Source: Macrostomum hystrix
Lineage: Eukaryota > Animalia > Platyhelminthes
Direction of reading: 5' to 3'
Assembly: GCA_950097015.1 (NCBI GenBank)
Contig: CATNEN010000039.1
Location: 12,524,001-12,588,000, forward strand
DNA length: 64,000 nucleotides
Below the pieces are notes generated by a model. It searched no databases, was not told the origin of the DNA, and saw only the letters and a program-made list of their open reading frames with translations. Shown here one piece after another: positions 46,449 through 60,515 of this stretch (positions are counted from its first letter, which is position 1; each line of letters begins with the position of its first letter). The position numbers were made by a program, and so were the translations under genes.

Positions 46449-48322
46449 TAGTTGTCTATATGGTTTCGGAGTTAGACAACGCTCAATTGCCACTAGTGGT
46501 TTTGAGCGTTGTCTATGATGGAACCATTTGGCAATATTATTGTCCTATAAGCTAGAAAGCTAGAAAGAGACTAACTAGTCTGTGCCTTCGCTACTGATTA
46601 TAAATTTGAGATTACAAAGATGTTAAACTGGAGTCATTTGCCTGTTGACTCCCTTGATGGTGTGTCAACAACGCAACTGGAAGGGATAAGCGAATTGAGT
46701 CGTGAAGACCATAGTAAGGATAAAGAACTAGAGCGCTTTATCCAGTTCATCACCGACTTTAGCAAGAATGACGACAGCATCGCAGGAGTAGAGCTGCCCG
46801 AACTGCAAGAGAGAGCGAGCGTGTCAACTGAAAGAACCGACATGAGTGCAATTGACAAAATGGAGTTGGAGCCTCTTCCAAGAACCACGCGAGATCAAAT
46901 GCTCCTACATGGACACAAGTTTGCGGACTACATGAACTCTCTCGGCTACCAACTAGATGCTCTGCAGACGGTGAAACAGGAGAAGCTAAATGATCGAGTA
47001 CCTTCGTCTGTACTATTTTCGATTGGCCAAGCCAGACGGCGGACTGTATTCTGCATCGAGCCTTGTCTGCATCAGGGCTGGGATACAGCGTTTTTTCAAC
47101 TACATTGTAAAACGCGAGATCAACATTATCGACTCGCCTGAGTTCGGCAGCGCGAATCGTATGCTGCGAATGAAAGTCCGGGACTTTCAGGCTTCAGGTG
47201 GAAGTGTGAAGCGATACGAGCCAATCGAAACCACTGACCTTTCAAAGCTGTTCAGCTATTTCAATCGGTCAACTGCCGAACGTCTACAGAACGAGGTCAT
47301 CTTCACGTTGTTGTCATCTTCAAGTTCGTGGCATCAACTGGCTAAGTACGTTTATGCAGCGGCTCAGCAAGTTGTGCAGTCTCAGCAAGGGTTATACGAA
47401 CCATTGCATCCGCGTGACTCGCATCACTGATCTGAATGATGCAGGTTACTCTGTCTCTGAGATTATGAATGTCACGGGCCAACAGGCCGAATCGACCGTG
47501 CGACGCTATCTCTCCACAAAGCGTGACGGCGCAATTCACAGCATGGCAACTACTGTGGGTGCTACTCTGGACCTGCATGGTGCGAACGCCAGCATCAGTA
47601 GTTCAAGCGTTTCCACCAGCAAGGAGAGCGTCTAAGTCATGAAACGACGACTGTCTGTGAAAAGAACAGTTCAACACTGTTTTCCAACTGCCACCTCGAG
47701 AATTGTGCCGTCAATTTCAATAAGTAATAGAAAAATGTAAAACGAACGAACTTTGTGCACCAGGAACTGCAAAACGAATTTACTGGAATGGTAGATTTGA
47801 AGGTTTGAAGATTTAAAGATTTGAGCAGCAGCAGCGCAGCAGCGCGCAGCGCACTCGTGCCATAGACTATTTACGCACTCGGAAGCCTAGCATAAGTGCA
47901 TTGATTTATGACCAAGTGTGTGTGCGCAAGACCAGCTCCTTCGGCCCATAGACAATACCCGTCTGGGATTTACTGCATATAGTAGCTCAGAAGAGGGATG
48001 GCACGGAGATCAAGTGGGGCAAGATTTACCGCACAGTTGCGGAATTTACTGCACACTTCAATCTATTTCTTTGATGGCCTTTGGGCCATAAACTATACAC
48101 GAGCTTGAGACGTTTACGCACACTTGGTTATATGTCAATGCATGTTGTTGTCAACTTTTTAACTCTTGCGTATGCTTCGTTTCGTTTCTACTCTGTTCCG
48201 TTGCGTTGGCACTGAAATAAACAGATAAATGGTCTATAGTCTATGTCTATGGTCAAAACATAGTTGACAACGTTAGGCAATTTAGAAGCCTTGCCAGTGG
48301 GCTTGATATATGTGACAATCGT
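46449..48322 (+). mobile_element. Crypton-like tyrosine-recombinase element, defective
   Basis: KPDGGLYSASSLVCIRAGIQRFF, RLQNEV, GINWLSTFMQRLS..YTNHCIRVT..MNVTGQ..STVRRY; frameshift ~46990 and internal deletion ~47320; flanked by ACAATGGT / ACAATCGT. Confidence 0.75.
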
Positions 48323-48693
48323 CATTGTCTTACTTCGCTTGAACTTTACTTATCGGTTTCTGTAACTACTGAAAATTGAAACCTATATATAACCACTACA
48401 TGATCAATTAGAAGAATACAGGCGAAGCAAGACAATGAGTTCACACTAATTAAATGATACTAATATTTAAAGTAAAATACGCAAAAGTTCGAATGTCAAA
48501 TTTGTGCGCGTACGGCTACTGTACATCTGGTACCAAAGCTACACAATTTCAAGACGAGAATGTAAAGACTAATTATTCATTCATTGTACTTAATCATTTA
48601 GCTTCAATCCTTTTACTTAATTTTCACATTTAGTCTGTCTAGCTTTTGTTTTATTAAAGAGGCTAAACTGAACCTTAAAGTTCTGCAGTTTAA

Positions 48694-49934
48694 GGGTGCG
48701 TTCGGGTAGCTTAAAATGACTTAAAATGAACTTAAACTGCAGTTTAAGTTCATTTTAACCTCTTTAATAAAACAAAAGCTAAACAGACTAAATGTCGAAA
48801 TAAAGTAAAAAGATTGAAGCTGAATGGTTAAGTAGAATAACCGAATAATTAGTCTTTACATTTCCGTCTTGAAATTGTGTAGTTTTGGTATCAGATGTAC
48901 AGTAGCCGTACGCGCACAAATTTGACTTTCGAACTTTCGCGTATTTTAATTTGAATATTAATATCATTTAATTTAATTAGTGTGAACTCATTGTCTTGCT
49001 TCGCTTGTATTCTTCCAATTGATCATGTAGTGGTTATATTAAGGTCTTAATTTTCAGTAGTTACAGAAACCAATAAGTAAAGTTCAAGCGAAGTAAGACA
49101 ATGACCATTGTTTCAATGAAGATGTAAATGTGTAGTTGTACTGAAATTCAGAGGATCAAAAAAGTTTTTAGATTATTTCTCCTGAAGTACTGAAAAAACA
49201 CGAGTTTTAGTTTGTTGAAACAGTGAAAATTCTGTGCACTGCGCATAAGTGTAAAAAGAGAAGTTTTGTGATTTTTGTGCAGAAATAAGTAAAAAGTAAA
49301 ATTATAAAAAAGAATTTTTCTGTCGAAATTAAATGTTTCTATTTAATTACTAAGAAATATATCACTGGATTCGTCTTTTAATTTTGCATCGAATGACTTC
49401 AGTTACAGCTCTCAAAGTTTCTTCGGAGAAAAGATACTTGCATTTAAATGAGTATTTTTAACCACGTACATTTTTTCTTTTGATTTCTAGCTTCCTTCAG
49501 GCACGAGGCCACTAATGGATAAGAGACTTTCTGCTCAATCGAGCGGACTGGGTTCAAATCCCAGAAGCAAATAATTTAAAAAAATCAGGAGGCTTTTATC
49601 TATCACTGAAGTGTACTACTTTTAATAATTTAATTTTCGCACATTTGCTAATATATTTGAAAAGACTGGGGTGTCCTACACATTCTAAATAAAGTTTGCA
49701 TGTCAAATTTGCGCCCATATGGTTACTGTACATCTGATACTAAAACTACACAATTTCAAGACGAGAATGTAAAGACTAATTATTCGTTTATTCTACTTAA
49801 TCATTCAGCTTCACTATTTTTACTTTATTTCGATATTTAGTCTGTCTAACTTTTGTTTTATTAAAGAGGTTAAAATGAACTTAAACTTCAGTTTAAGTTT
49901 AGTTTAAGTCATTTTAAGCTACTCGAACGCACCC
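48694..49934. mobile_element. Intact inner copy of the same Harbinger-like MITE with ~240-bp TIRs
   Basis: TAA|GGGTGCGTTCGGGTAGC ... GCTACTCGAACGCACCC|TTA. Confidence 0.8.
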
Positions 49935-50448
49935 TTAGTTTGGTTTAATTCATTTTAAACTACTCGAACGCACTTAGCGAGATGCGGGATTTTAAGATTC
50001 CGTTTCGAAAATGCATTAGCGCCTATAAATCTTACATTTTTGTTATTGCATTTTTTGTTCATTTTCTTTTCTAGGCTATATTTTGTTCCTTATTTGGGTT
50101 AACGTCATGGCTGTTCTCTACATTCTACATAGTGCTGAGATTGTAACTCAACTGTCGTCTTATTTGTGACTCAATCTTAGAATCCAAAGCTCTAAACATT
50201 TATTTATCAACTGTTTTGATGAGCTTACTATATTTCTATGTAAATTCGTCAACTTCACTTAGCGACAACATAGGCCTAACTAGTATCAACGAAAATGAGT
50301 TACAGGCAACAATAACTTAATTATCTTGATATATATTTACTGTTAATAAATTCTTTTCTCGAATGTTTTATTATAATATATAACAGACTGCACTTTTCTT
50401 AAATTAACCAATTACAGATACAGATAGTGCTTCCTATTGCTCCCAAAT

Positions 50449-53400
50449 TGTATAGAATTAGCCCTACTCTTTAATATTATTGGTTATAGGCCTAACCAGT
50501 CTTTAAAAGGCTCCAATGGATTGGAGGGTACCAGTCATACACATGTATTATTTTCAGTCCAAAACTGGCTTCATGCTATTGTCTTAGTAATATACTATCC
50601 TCCAATACAATTTATGTAGCTTCAATGCTATTTCCTCTTATAACAGTTTTAACTCAAAGAACTCGATAGGCCTAGGCCCCTATGCATGCATTCAGCAAGT
50701 TTTATTCTTGAACTTGGTTTTAAGTCCCAAAGTTAGGCCTAATTCTCTCGCTTGTAGAGTGCCTATATTTATAGCATAAAATTGAGGTGGTTGAGTATTC
50801 ATAAAACTATTTTTCTGATTTAAACAAACAATGAATTTATACATTTTACTAGAAATAAGCGTAGATACAGTAACATACAAAATATAGCCTATTACAACTG
50901 GCTTCCCTAAAGGCATCTTTTTGAATGAACATGTGAATGAGTGAGAAAAATGACAAAAAAAACTAAAACTGACATTCTTCTGGAAACAACATTTGACGCA
51001 GCCAGCCAACGGGGCCAGCCGGCCCATCTTGACTCAATGTTCAAAAGTATCTTATTAAAGTCATAAGGGTTATGAGTAATCACATGTTTGGCATAGCTGG
51101 AAGCACGTCGCCAGGCAGCAATGACTGTCTCCCGGCTGAAGCAGGCTGGCAGAGTCCGAAATGCCGGCTGGACATGTTCTCGCTGCCTCGTCAGGTGGTC
51201 CAACTGAGCATATGCGACATGTAGTAGGTGCTTCTTGATTAACTGAATTTGCTGTTTGAGGACCACCTGTTGTGCCTCAGTCATCTGAGCTATGATAGCT
51301 GGAAAGTTGCCTCCGGGACCGTCACCAGGAGGTTGGTCATCTTTGCTTCCTTGCTCCTGCTGCAGCTGATGTGGCAGCTGTGGCTGTTGCTGCAGGGTAT
51401 TTCCCAATGGTGTTACACACTAGTTCGGAAAAGTGTCATATATAATTTTTTAATCAAATAACTCACAACTAAGCTTAGGAAATTGTGATATTATGTTCTG
51501 TTATATTATTATTGTTTAATTTCGTATAATTTGTTTTACTTTAGACCTATTTATTCCAGTTTTTATTACTTTTTAAATTCAAAAAATACTGTAAACAATG
51601 TAAAACTCCATGTCCAAAAAATATGGTAGCCTAGTTCCCTGTCTATAAAAACGGGACTATATGTTCATTTCTTATTGCTTCTATGTTTTATTCAGCCACT
51701 CATATGTTATACCTGATTGCACAACCGTTATTTCTAGTTTCTAAACAGTTTTGACGGAATTTTAAAGGTTCGTAGCATGTCCTACAAAATATGTGTCATC
51801 TGAGCGACGCTAGACATGCATAAATTGAAGTCAGATATTTAAGCTATGGAAAGTGTATTAAACAAAAGCATTGGCTTAAATAATTGTCATGCTGTATAGT
51901 CTATTAGAATGTCTGGTCTCACCCTGTGACTCGTTGAGGAATATAGTTTTTTCACAACCTCAAACATATTTACGTTTTTTCGTGTACAGTTTTTGTCATC
52001 TGAGCGACGCCGGAAAAATTAAATTTTTTATTACACAGTCAAACTAAAGAAAGAAGTCGAATTTTATTCTTAATTTAGAATAAATTTTGATTATAATGAC
52101 ATATGATTTGACTATGAAATATATTTGGATTCAACTAAAAAGTTGACAATACACCAGTTTGTGTCATCTAAGCGACGTCATCTGAGCGACGGGGCTCAGT
52201 GTGTAAACATAGGTGAATGTCATCTGAGCGACGTCATCTGAGCAACAGGGCTCAGTGTGTAAACATAGGTGAATGTCATCTGTGCGACGGTCTGTAAAAA
52301 AATGAAATATTTAAGACAGTTAGGCACAGGAAAACTGCTTTCGACTTAATATTTATACAGTATATGATGTGAGTGATGATTTAAAATGCTTTCGCCAATA
52401 CATAAGTAAAAAAATTTAAATTTACAACATGTGTATATTTTTTTTGGGAAACACCCTGCAGCTGCTGTTGCTGCAGCTGCCGTTGCAGCTGTTGCTGTGA
52501 CTGCTGATCCTGTTGCTTCGGCTGCTGCTGATGCTGTTGCTGCAGTTGCTGCTGCGGCTAATGAACCAATGGCTTTGGCTTGGAATGCTGCTGCCTGGTC
52601 CTGGGAATCTTGGCCTGTACAGCGGCTGCTGTTGTGGCTGGATCTCCTGTAGTGGCAGTTTTGGCGCAATTGCACGATAGGCTGTTTCTACCTGCAGCCA
52701 AGCTGTGACCTTTCTACTTGTAACACAATCGCTGATCAAGCTCCAGGCAGATGACGACTAGCAATCTCCTCACAGGCAGGCACTTCTGCACCTGCCAATG
52801 TCCGCACTAATGCATCTCGTTCTACCGGAACCAGGATTTTGGATGCCGAGTGGTTCCGCTTACTAGGAACAGACTTGCCGGTTTGAGGTGCACCTGCTCA
52901 CTTGTTTACCACCCTTGGCATCTGCGGAGCTGTTGGTTGCCGTACCGGTATCTCGCACAACTCTTGCTCGTTTGGCACTTCAGCCTCCATAGATTCGACC
53001 TCAACAGAGCTGCGGCTTGCTGAACCCTTAGGTGTCAGGTTGACAGTAATTGCCTCCAACATTTGGTCAAATTTGTCTATGTCCAGAATGTCTTCCATTA
53101 CAGTTTCAATACAAATGATATATTTGACTCAGAACAAGGTGATATATGCTTCTTTCTCCCGCCTAGGTGGTCTCCCTTATATAGGCACAGAAATGGGATA
53201 AACTTTCTTCCTTATTGGCTGCACTGATTTTCCCGCATTGTCCAATGACTTCTCAACTTCCAACCCTCTCCCTAAACAATTCCTATTGGTTAGCCAAGCT
53301 TCCCCTTGTTTTGTTCCCTAGCCATTGCTTGGTTCTTCACACCCTTCTTCTGTGCCCTCTCCTGCTCTCCTTAGATACAGGGCCGATTAAATCGATGTGT

Positions 53401-54905
53401 AAGCGGTGGAATGGCTCAGAAATGGGAAATGACTACACAGGGGCTTGAATATGATTGCCCTTTTTACTTTCTAAACACAGAATGTACTTAGCGATCATTT
53501 CTTCAATGGCTGCGACCAATCCAGGTCTCCAGAATCGCTTCCTTACTCGCTGAAGTGTTTTGTCCCATCTCAAATGTGCTGCTAGTGGGCTCTCATGCAG
53601 ATTGCTAGAGACTAGCGTGTCCATGGACCAGGGCAAAATAACCTTCAATTCTCCTTTTTCCTTAATCATTAGTAATCCTATTTCAATAAACATCGCTTCA
53701 AATGTTGCTCTTTTCTTCTCTCTTCTGTTCTTCTGCCAATCCAGTGGGTCTCCTTGACAAACTGTCAGCATTCTGATGGGAAGTACCTTTCCGGTGCTCA
53801 ATGTCAAATTGAAATTCATTTAATCGTTCAATCGTTCATCATTCATTGTTCAATCGTTAATCTACCTAGAATGCCTTGCACTTCTGTCTGTCTTAATAGC
53901 CAAATAATTGCCAAACAAACTGCCCAATCGTCCAAATCTTTCAACCAGTCTCTCCTTAAACTCATCATAGGTCAATTCTTCTGGTAAATTCAATTGTTGG
54001 ACTGCTGCAAACTCAGTGGCTAAGTCCAAATTAGCCAAAAGTTCACTTTTTCTGTGTTTTTCTTGTTCAATCCCTTCTGTGTCACACATTTGATCATAGG
54101 CAGTCAGCCAAATCCGAATGTCCTGACTCTGTGTATATATTTGAATTTTCACATGCCTCATTGGGCCCAATTCTAACCGATTTCTTAATTCTTCTGCTAG
54201 TAGCCCAATAGCATCATTAATTCCAGTCATAACGGTTTATTTAGTTGTGCCTGACTGGATTTCCAATCCTTCACCGTTGTCACCAGTTGTTGTAGGGCTT
54301 CTACCTCTTAAAATTACTTATATTTATCCACTGCAAAATGCTTTGTTAATAGTCAACTCTCATTCTATTTTAAATTGCCCAATTATAGGGAAGTATAACA
54401 CTTTTAATTAAATATATATATATGTATATTCAATAGCAGTGGTAGCAAATTACAAGTGCCTGAGCCGTAAGACACTTTAACTCACAAACTGTATAGAATT
54501 ACTCTTTAATATTATTGGTTATAACCAGTCTTTAAAAGGCTCCAATGGATTAGAGGGTACCAGTCATACACATGTATTATTTTTGGTCTAAAACTGGCTT
54601 CATGCTATCATCTTAGTAATATACTATCCTCCAATACGATTTATGTAGTTTCAATGCTATTTCCTCTTATAACAGTTTTAACTCAAAGAACTCGATATGC
54701 ATGCATTCAGCAAGTTTTATTCTTGAACTTGGTTTTAAGCCCCAAAGTTAATTCCCTCCCTTGTAGCATGCGTATATTTATAGCATAAAATTGAGGTGCT
54801 TGAGCATTGGTAAAACAAAATTTCTGATTTAAACAAACAATGAATTTATAAATTTTCTTAGAAATAAGCATATATATGGTAACATACGAAATATAGCCTA
54901 TTACA
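50449..54905 (-). mobile_element. Degenerate Gypsy-type LTR retrotransposon
   Basis: Direct repeats 50449-50896 and 54490-54905 (TG..CA); PBS-like TGGTGACAAC at ~54285; gag-like 54230-53862; RNase H end EFQFDIEHRKGTSHQNADSLSR (~53820-53752); integrase HESPLAAH..RFW and HIDLIGP. Protease and RT not seen. Outer limits uncertain. Confidence 0.65.
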
Positions 54906-56419
54906 CTCACATACATGTATGCATATGTACCAATGAACAGACAGTTGACAAATTTACTAGCTTACAAATTTACAATAGTTGATTGCAGTTGATAAACAAA
55001 AAGTTGACAAGTCTACTAGCATAGGCCTAATTAAAGAAATTAAGTTAGCCTTACATAAGCCTTACATTAGCCTTACATTAGCCTTACATACATTATATAT
55101 GCATGATTCTTAACCAAATTATTAACTTTAATTCTATCAGGTACTCTTAAACTACCTGGAGTTTACACTTTCCATGCAATTTTCATGTTTTTCATGGATT
55201 TATCAATACTATATTGATGATATAATCAACTCTTGTAAATTTACAATTCTTTGAGCATATGTGTATCCATTTTAATCAGGGACTAATTAATTTCTCCATT
55301 TCATTAGATTTTTCACTTCTTACTACTGCAAAAAATAGTCAGCTTTAAAGATATTAAAAATAGTCAATATATATAAGACCACATTGCAAATATTTCTAGA
55401 GAATCAAAAGCAAAAATGTTGGGTAGCTTTAGTTTTAGTACCCTTTTTAAATAGGCATGTTGTGTATTTAACAATCTAGATCTGACCTCCTATATAAGTT
55501 TTGAGTGACAATCATTGTAGTGCAGATTTCTTATTCAAATGATAGTCTTCTGAAACTACACTTCCCCTCTAATATCTTATTAAAAATAGGCCCTTGTTTA
55601 TTATTTCAGTTTTGGTAGTTTCTCAATGATCCTATTCTGAAACTATAGTATTTCATGTCTTATTTAGCATAGGGCCTAACAAAAGTTGTTTGGCATAAAT
55701 AATACAAAAATAACTATGGGTTACAAAGTTGTACCCTCTCAGTTTTGTAAGATAATCATTTTCAATGGTATGGGTAAATTCAAATATTTAACCAAAAGTG
55801 CAGTACTATACTTTTGGCTTCAAGTAAGCCATAGAGATTGTTTGCTGAAAGTTTAGAAAAAAAATATTTTGATTATAGTTCAGTATCACAATCATTTCTC
55901 TTAAAAAGTTGCATTGAAATGGTCACCTTCCAAAACCAAGAATAAGGCTTCTTGAGCTTTAATCCTATAAATTACTGGGTTTTTCAATTAGTAATAGTAG
56001 TAGTAGTAAGTAGGATGGCTCATTTTAGTAGCAGCCTATTTTTTCAATTATATTTTTTGGATGAATTAAGAATGCAAGTGTTTAAAAGTATAATTTATTA
56101 GGGCAGTTTTAAATTAGTACAAAACAGAAAAACAAAAGTAATAATGAGCATTTAATCAATACAAATAGTTTTTTTTAGTTAAAAAAGGTAAATGTAATTG
56201 TTCTCTGTATGCACAAAGATTGGAAATTAGGGAAAAGCTACAAAGAAAAAGTCTAAGCAATGAAGCCATAAACAAAGAGAAAAAAGTCTGCTGATTACAA
56301 GTTGCTGAAGTCAAAAGTAAGTAGTTTGTACTTTTAGTACTTGCAAACAAACAAACAATGAAAAATGTATGATTCACAGACCTAAATTCATAACTATTTT
56401 TTATTACACCTGCCTCAAT

Positions 56420-56600
56420 TGGGCTAGATGTGCAGCCAACATTGTGCGGCACATCTGAAGGCTGCATATAGCTGTTCAGTCCATGGACTGGGGGGACGCC
56501 ACACCCACCTTCAATTATCCCAGCTGATGCTTGTATCCATTTAACAGCTGGGTAAACTCAAACAATGCAGAGTTAAGTGTCTTGCTAAAGGTGTCTTGCT
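56420..56600 (-). mobile_element. SINE family A, partial
   Basis: CAGTCCATGGACTGGGGGGACGCCACACCCAC..CCATTTAACAGCTGGGTAAACT matches 2785-2870. Confidence 0.7.
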
Positions 56601-56689
56601 AAAAGTGTCTTGCCAATAACTATTATTATTATAGCAAAACATAAAGCAAAACAGTAAAATTCTAAACTGGTATATTGTAATAGGCCTTG

Positions 56690-59600
56690 ACTTACTTGCC
56701 TTATCTGCAGGGTGGTCCAATGGACACAGCGGGGATGCGGGAGTCGCCCATTCCGCTAATCCCTGAAAGACCTGCAGTCGGCCGATGGCGTGGGGCCAGT
56801 CAGGGAGGTCTGTGTTCAGTCCTTCCTGCAGCTTGTTCCTCGCTGGGGAAGAAAGAGGCTCGTCTGGTAGCTCTTAGGAACCGGACGAGCTGCAGGATGT
56901 TCTCGGATCTGCAAACATCGTCCATGGATGGGTTTAGTCCGAGGTAATTAAGCCTCTCTCTGGTGAAGAAAGGGCAGTGACAGACGAAGTGCAGGGCATC
57001 CTTGTTCTCAAGGTTGCAGGCACAGCTCACTCCAGAGGTCTCCACAGAGGAAACAGTGTCTGGCGTAGAAGCTATGGCCATGGTGAGGGTCATGGTGAGG
57101 GCCCGGATGTCCTTCCAGGTCTGGTTTAGAAGGACCTTCCGGAGCCTAGTGGATGGCACTGAAACTGCTGCTTTGGATTGGCGGCAGTTAGTGGTGCTTC
57201 TCCACCGGGTAAGATGGAGGTTGGCAGTCCAGTCATTGATCTGACAATAGATGACAGTGTTCGGAATTGGAGCCGGGGGGGAGGGGCCCGGCGCAGAGCT
57301 GGCGCCTCCCTGCTTGGCCAGGTAGACAGCAAGCTCGTTTCCAGGGAAACGGGCATGCCCTGGTATCCACTGAAGTCTGACGGTATTCTTACCGGCCAGG
57401 TTATTGAGCTGCCGGACACAGTCGGAGACTGTCCGGGAGGTTGTGGTGGTGTGACAGAGGGCTTGCAGAGCAGCCTGACTGTCCGACTGAAAGATGATAG
57501 TCCTGCCTGAGATGTTTTTCTCATTCACCTCCGCAGTGCAGGAGCTGATGGCCAGGACCTCATTCTGGAAAAGGCTCAAGGAGTTTCCAGTGTGTTGGGC
57601 GTGTGTGGCGACAACACGTCCATTGATTAGGATACAGACCCCGAAGCCGGATACAGACGTCCGTGTAGCAGTGGACCTCCTGAGTGTTACAGTGGTTGCT
57701 TGCTTGGTCCCTGGTGGGGATGAGAACTTTGAAGCACTGAAAGAGGTTGAGTGTGCACTGTTCACTGTCCGTGAGGACATTGATTCCATTGCTTGCGCCC
57801 AAATCTCTCAGGCAAAGGTCCGTGTGAGGCAGGAGCTTTTGTTTTGCTGCCGCTCGTTGGTGGATAAATCGCACACCAGCATCAAGGAGATGCCGGGTGG
57901 TTTTTGCCGCCTCATTGCGGATAAAGATATCAAGTGGGAGGATGTTCAGGAAGGCGCTGAGGCCATCAAAGGGGGCGGATGGCGGGGCGCTCATAATCAT
58001 GTGACATGCGCGACCTTGCACTCTCCAAAAAGTCTCATGGCAGGTCTTTAGCTGCAGGGTGCTAGCCCAGATCAGTCTGGCATACGAAACAGCCGGTCTG
58101 ACCATAGCATGTAGATCCACCAAAGGCGTTTGGGGGTGAGACCCCAAGTGTTGCCTACCGCCCTGCCAGCTGCGCAAGGATCGCAAAGGCCTTTTTGGCT
58201 TTAGCGTGGACATGAGGAGTCCAGCTGAGCCTGTGATCAAGCCTTATGCCCAAGCATTTAGTTTGCTTCTGGAAGGTGATGTCCTTTCCATACAGCTGGA
58301 GGGGGCGAATATGCCATTTGTTTTTGCTGGTGAACATGATCACCGCTGTCTTAGACTCGGAGAGCTTCAGACCACAGCGAGTTGCCTATCTTTCAGCATT
58401 GTTAATAAAGTTTTGCAGTTTTGCGGAGTCCCGTAAGAGCTCCTCGATAACCATGTTCCAGAGGATTGGTGAGAGGACAACGCCTTGTGGGCTACCTTTG
58501 CAGACAGTGACTGTCCGCTGGTGTCCAAGGTGTGCCGTAGCAATGCAGTGGTGGACCATGTACATGATCCACCTCCTAAGATGCGAATGCATATGCCGCA
58601 TATGTAGGGCCCTGTCAAACGCCTCAAAGAGAACATTGTCAAAGGCCCCATCAATGTCCTGGAAGATGCTGAGGGCAAAGCCATTCCCGAGGACAGCCTT
58701 TTCCAGAGCGCCCACCAGAGCATGGAGAACGCTTTCGGTGGAGCGTCCCAACCGAAAAGCGTGTTGATTGTTGCTTAGCAGCATATTTTTCAGCTCCACA
58801 GAGAGGAGGCGCCAGAGCACCAGTCTCCATCAGTTTGACCATGGTGGAGGTTAGGCTAATTGGCTGAAACGATTTAATGGAATGGTAGTCCGGGTGGCCT
58901 GGCTTGGGGATAAATACCACCCTTGCCTCGGTCCATGCCTTCAGGACATACCCAAGCACAATGCAAGCTTTAAGGAGCTTGCAAAGATTTGTGAGGAAAC
59001 CATGGAATTTTACTGCCTCACAAATGAAGGCTGGTATAATGCCGTCCGGCCCCGGGGACTTAAAGGACTGTAAGGTTTGAAGGACTGGGCTGCCTTGGTA
59101 ACCCGGTCTTGATGGACATCATTACCATCATTTTTGCTTGACAATAATGATAGACGCTGCAAGGATATGACCTCCCTCGGTATGATCCGGGGGGTCTGTC
59201 CCTGCTGGCATGCTGGGGAAGAAGGCTGTGAGCAAAGTGTCAAGCGTTTCCCCAGGGTTCTCAGTGGGTCGGCCGTCGGCCTTCCTCACCATCAAAAGCT
59301 TGGACATTTTGTCCAGCGTGAGGGCTTTGACAACTCTGGAGGTGGGGCAAGTGCCCTCAAGCTCCTCACAGTATTGCTGCCACTTACTATTTTTGGCATT
59401 TCTGACTTCCTTCTTGAAGCTATGAATGGCTTCAAGATACGCAGCCTGATCAGCCGGGTTTTTAGTTTTTGTGGCCCTGTGGTGTAGCCACTTCGCTGCT
59501 CGATGGAGCTTGCCGAGCTGCAGATTCCACCATGAGGCAGAAGTTTTGCCTCTGTAGGCTTTGAGGGGGCAGGAGGCCTCAAAGGTGGTGGTCAGCAAGT

Positions 59601-59765
59601 TAGTGAGTAACTCAGCTAGCTCATCCGCTTCATCGCAGGTGCTGGCAGGGGGGCTGAGGTTTCGTTGGGTTCCTTCGAGGTTATACCTGAAGGCTTCCCA
59701 ATCGGTGTTCCTAGCATTCCTTTTCCAGGAGATCTGGTTAGTGCAGCGTGCACCCACCAGTTGGG
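56690..59765 (-). mobile_element. 5'-truncated, frameshifted non-LTR retrotransposon with RT and RNase H (LOA/R1/I-like)
   Basis: WWN, ARVVFIPKPG..FQPISLTS, QHAFRLGRSTE, DIDGAFDNV, GSPQGVVLSPILWN, LGIRLD; RNase H SDSQAAL, WIPGH..GNE; YADD segment not seen. Confidence 0.88.
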
Positions 59766-60515
59766 TGTATTTAACAATATTTAACAATATACAAATATTG
59801 TTAACAAAATAGGCTCTGTTGTCTGCAACAAATGAAAACACCATAAAATTGATCAATTATATATTATTTCAGATATCTCCATGGTTTCAAAATATATTAT
59901 AAATAGTCAAGTTTACTTTAAGCTTGATAGAGTGTGCAAGAATATGTAAATATGATAAAATTGTGCAATAATTGACTTGAAACTTCACCCTTAACTGATT
60001 GCTTTCTAACACAGATTATTTACAAGTGCATGTCAATTTAATTGTTGTAAACAATGTGCAGTTCTTTTGTTTGATTGTCTGTTTGATCTGATATTTGATT
60101 TATAAAAATGTTTGTAAAGGTGATCATTAACCAAAACTAGTATGTAAAAGAATCATGATCATCATAAGGAATGCCTAAACAATTTTAATAGTGCAAGTCT
60201 AAGTTGTGATTATTTTAATTACTTTTTAAATAACAAAAAACATGAATTGTTGACTAAATTTTAAAGCCTTCTCCCAACCTCTGTATCTATGCCCAAATTT
60301 AATGTTTTCTAACCATGGATTTAAACATCAGCACTTTGTGACTATAAGAGCTAATCCACATTTTAAATTTAAGGCCTATTAAGTTAAGTTTAACAAAATT
60401 CTTTTATTAACTTGCAATAAACCAAGAAAAGTATTTTACAACTTTTGCTCCACAGGTCAATCTGTTCTGCAGAAGAGAATCTAAACTAAAAATAGAAATA
60501 GTTAACTAAAGCAGT

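Larger units (their letters stand above)
45719..49975. mobile_element. Non-autonomous long-TIR DNA element (PIF/Harbinger-like), outer copy carrying two insertions
   Basis: Ends GGGTGCGTTCGAGTAG / CTACTCGAACGCACT; 45719-46448 and 48323-48693 are colinear with the reverse complement of the inner copy. Confidence 0.7.

Noticed and set aside
56690-56800. HDV-like ribozyme in the LINE 3' region (GCGGAATGGG)
   Set aside because: No P3/L3/P1 arrangement; more likely an ordinary 3' stem-loop.
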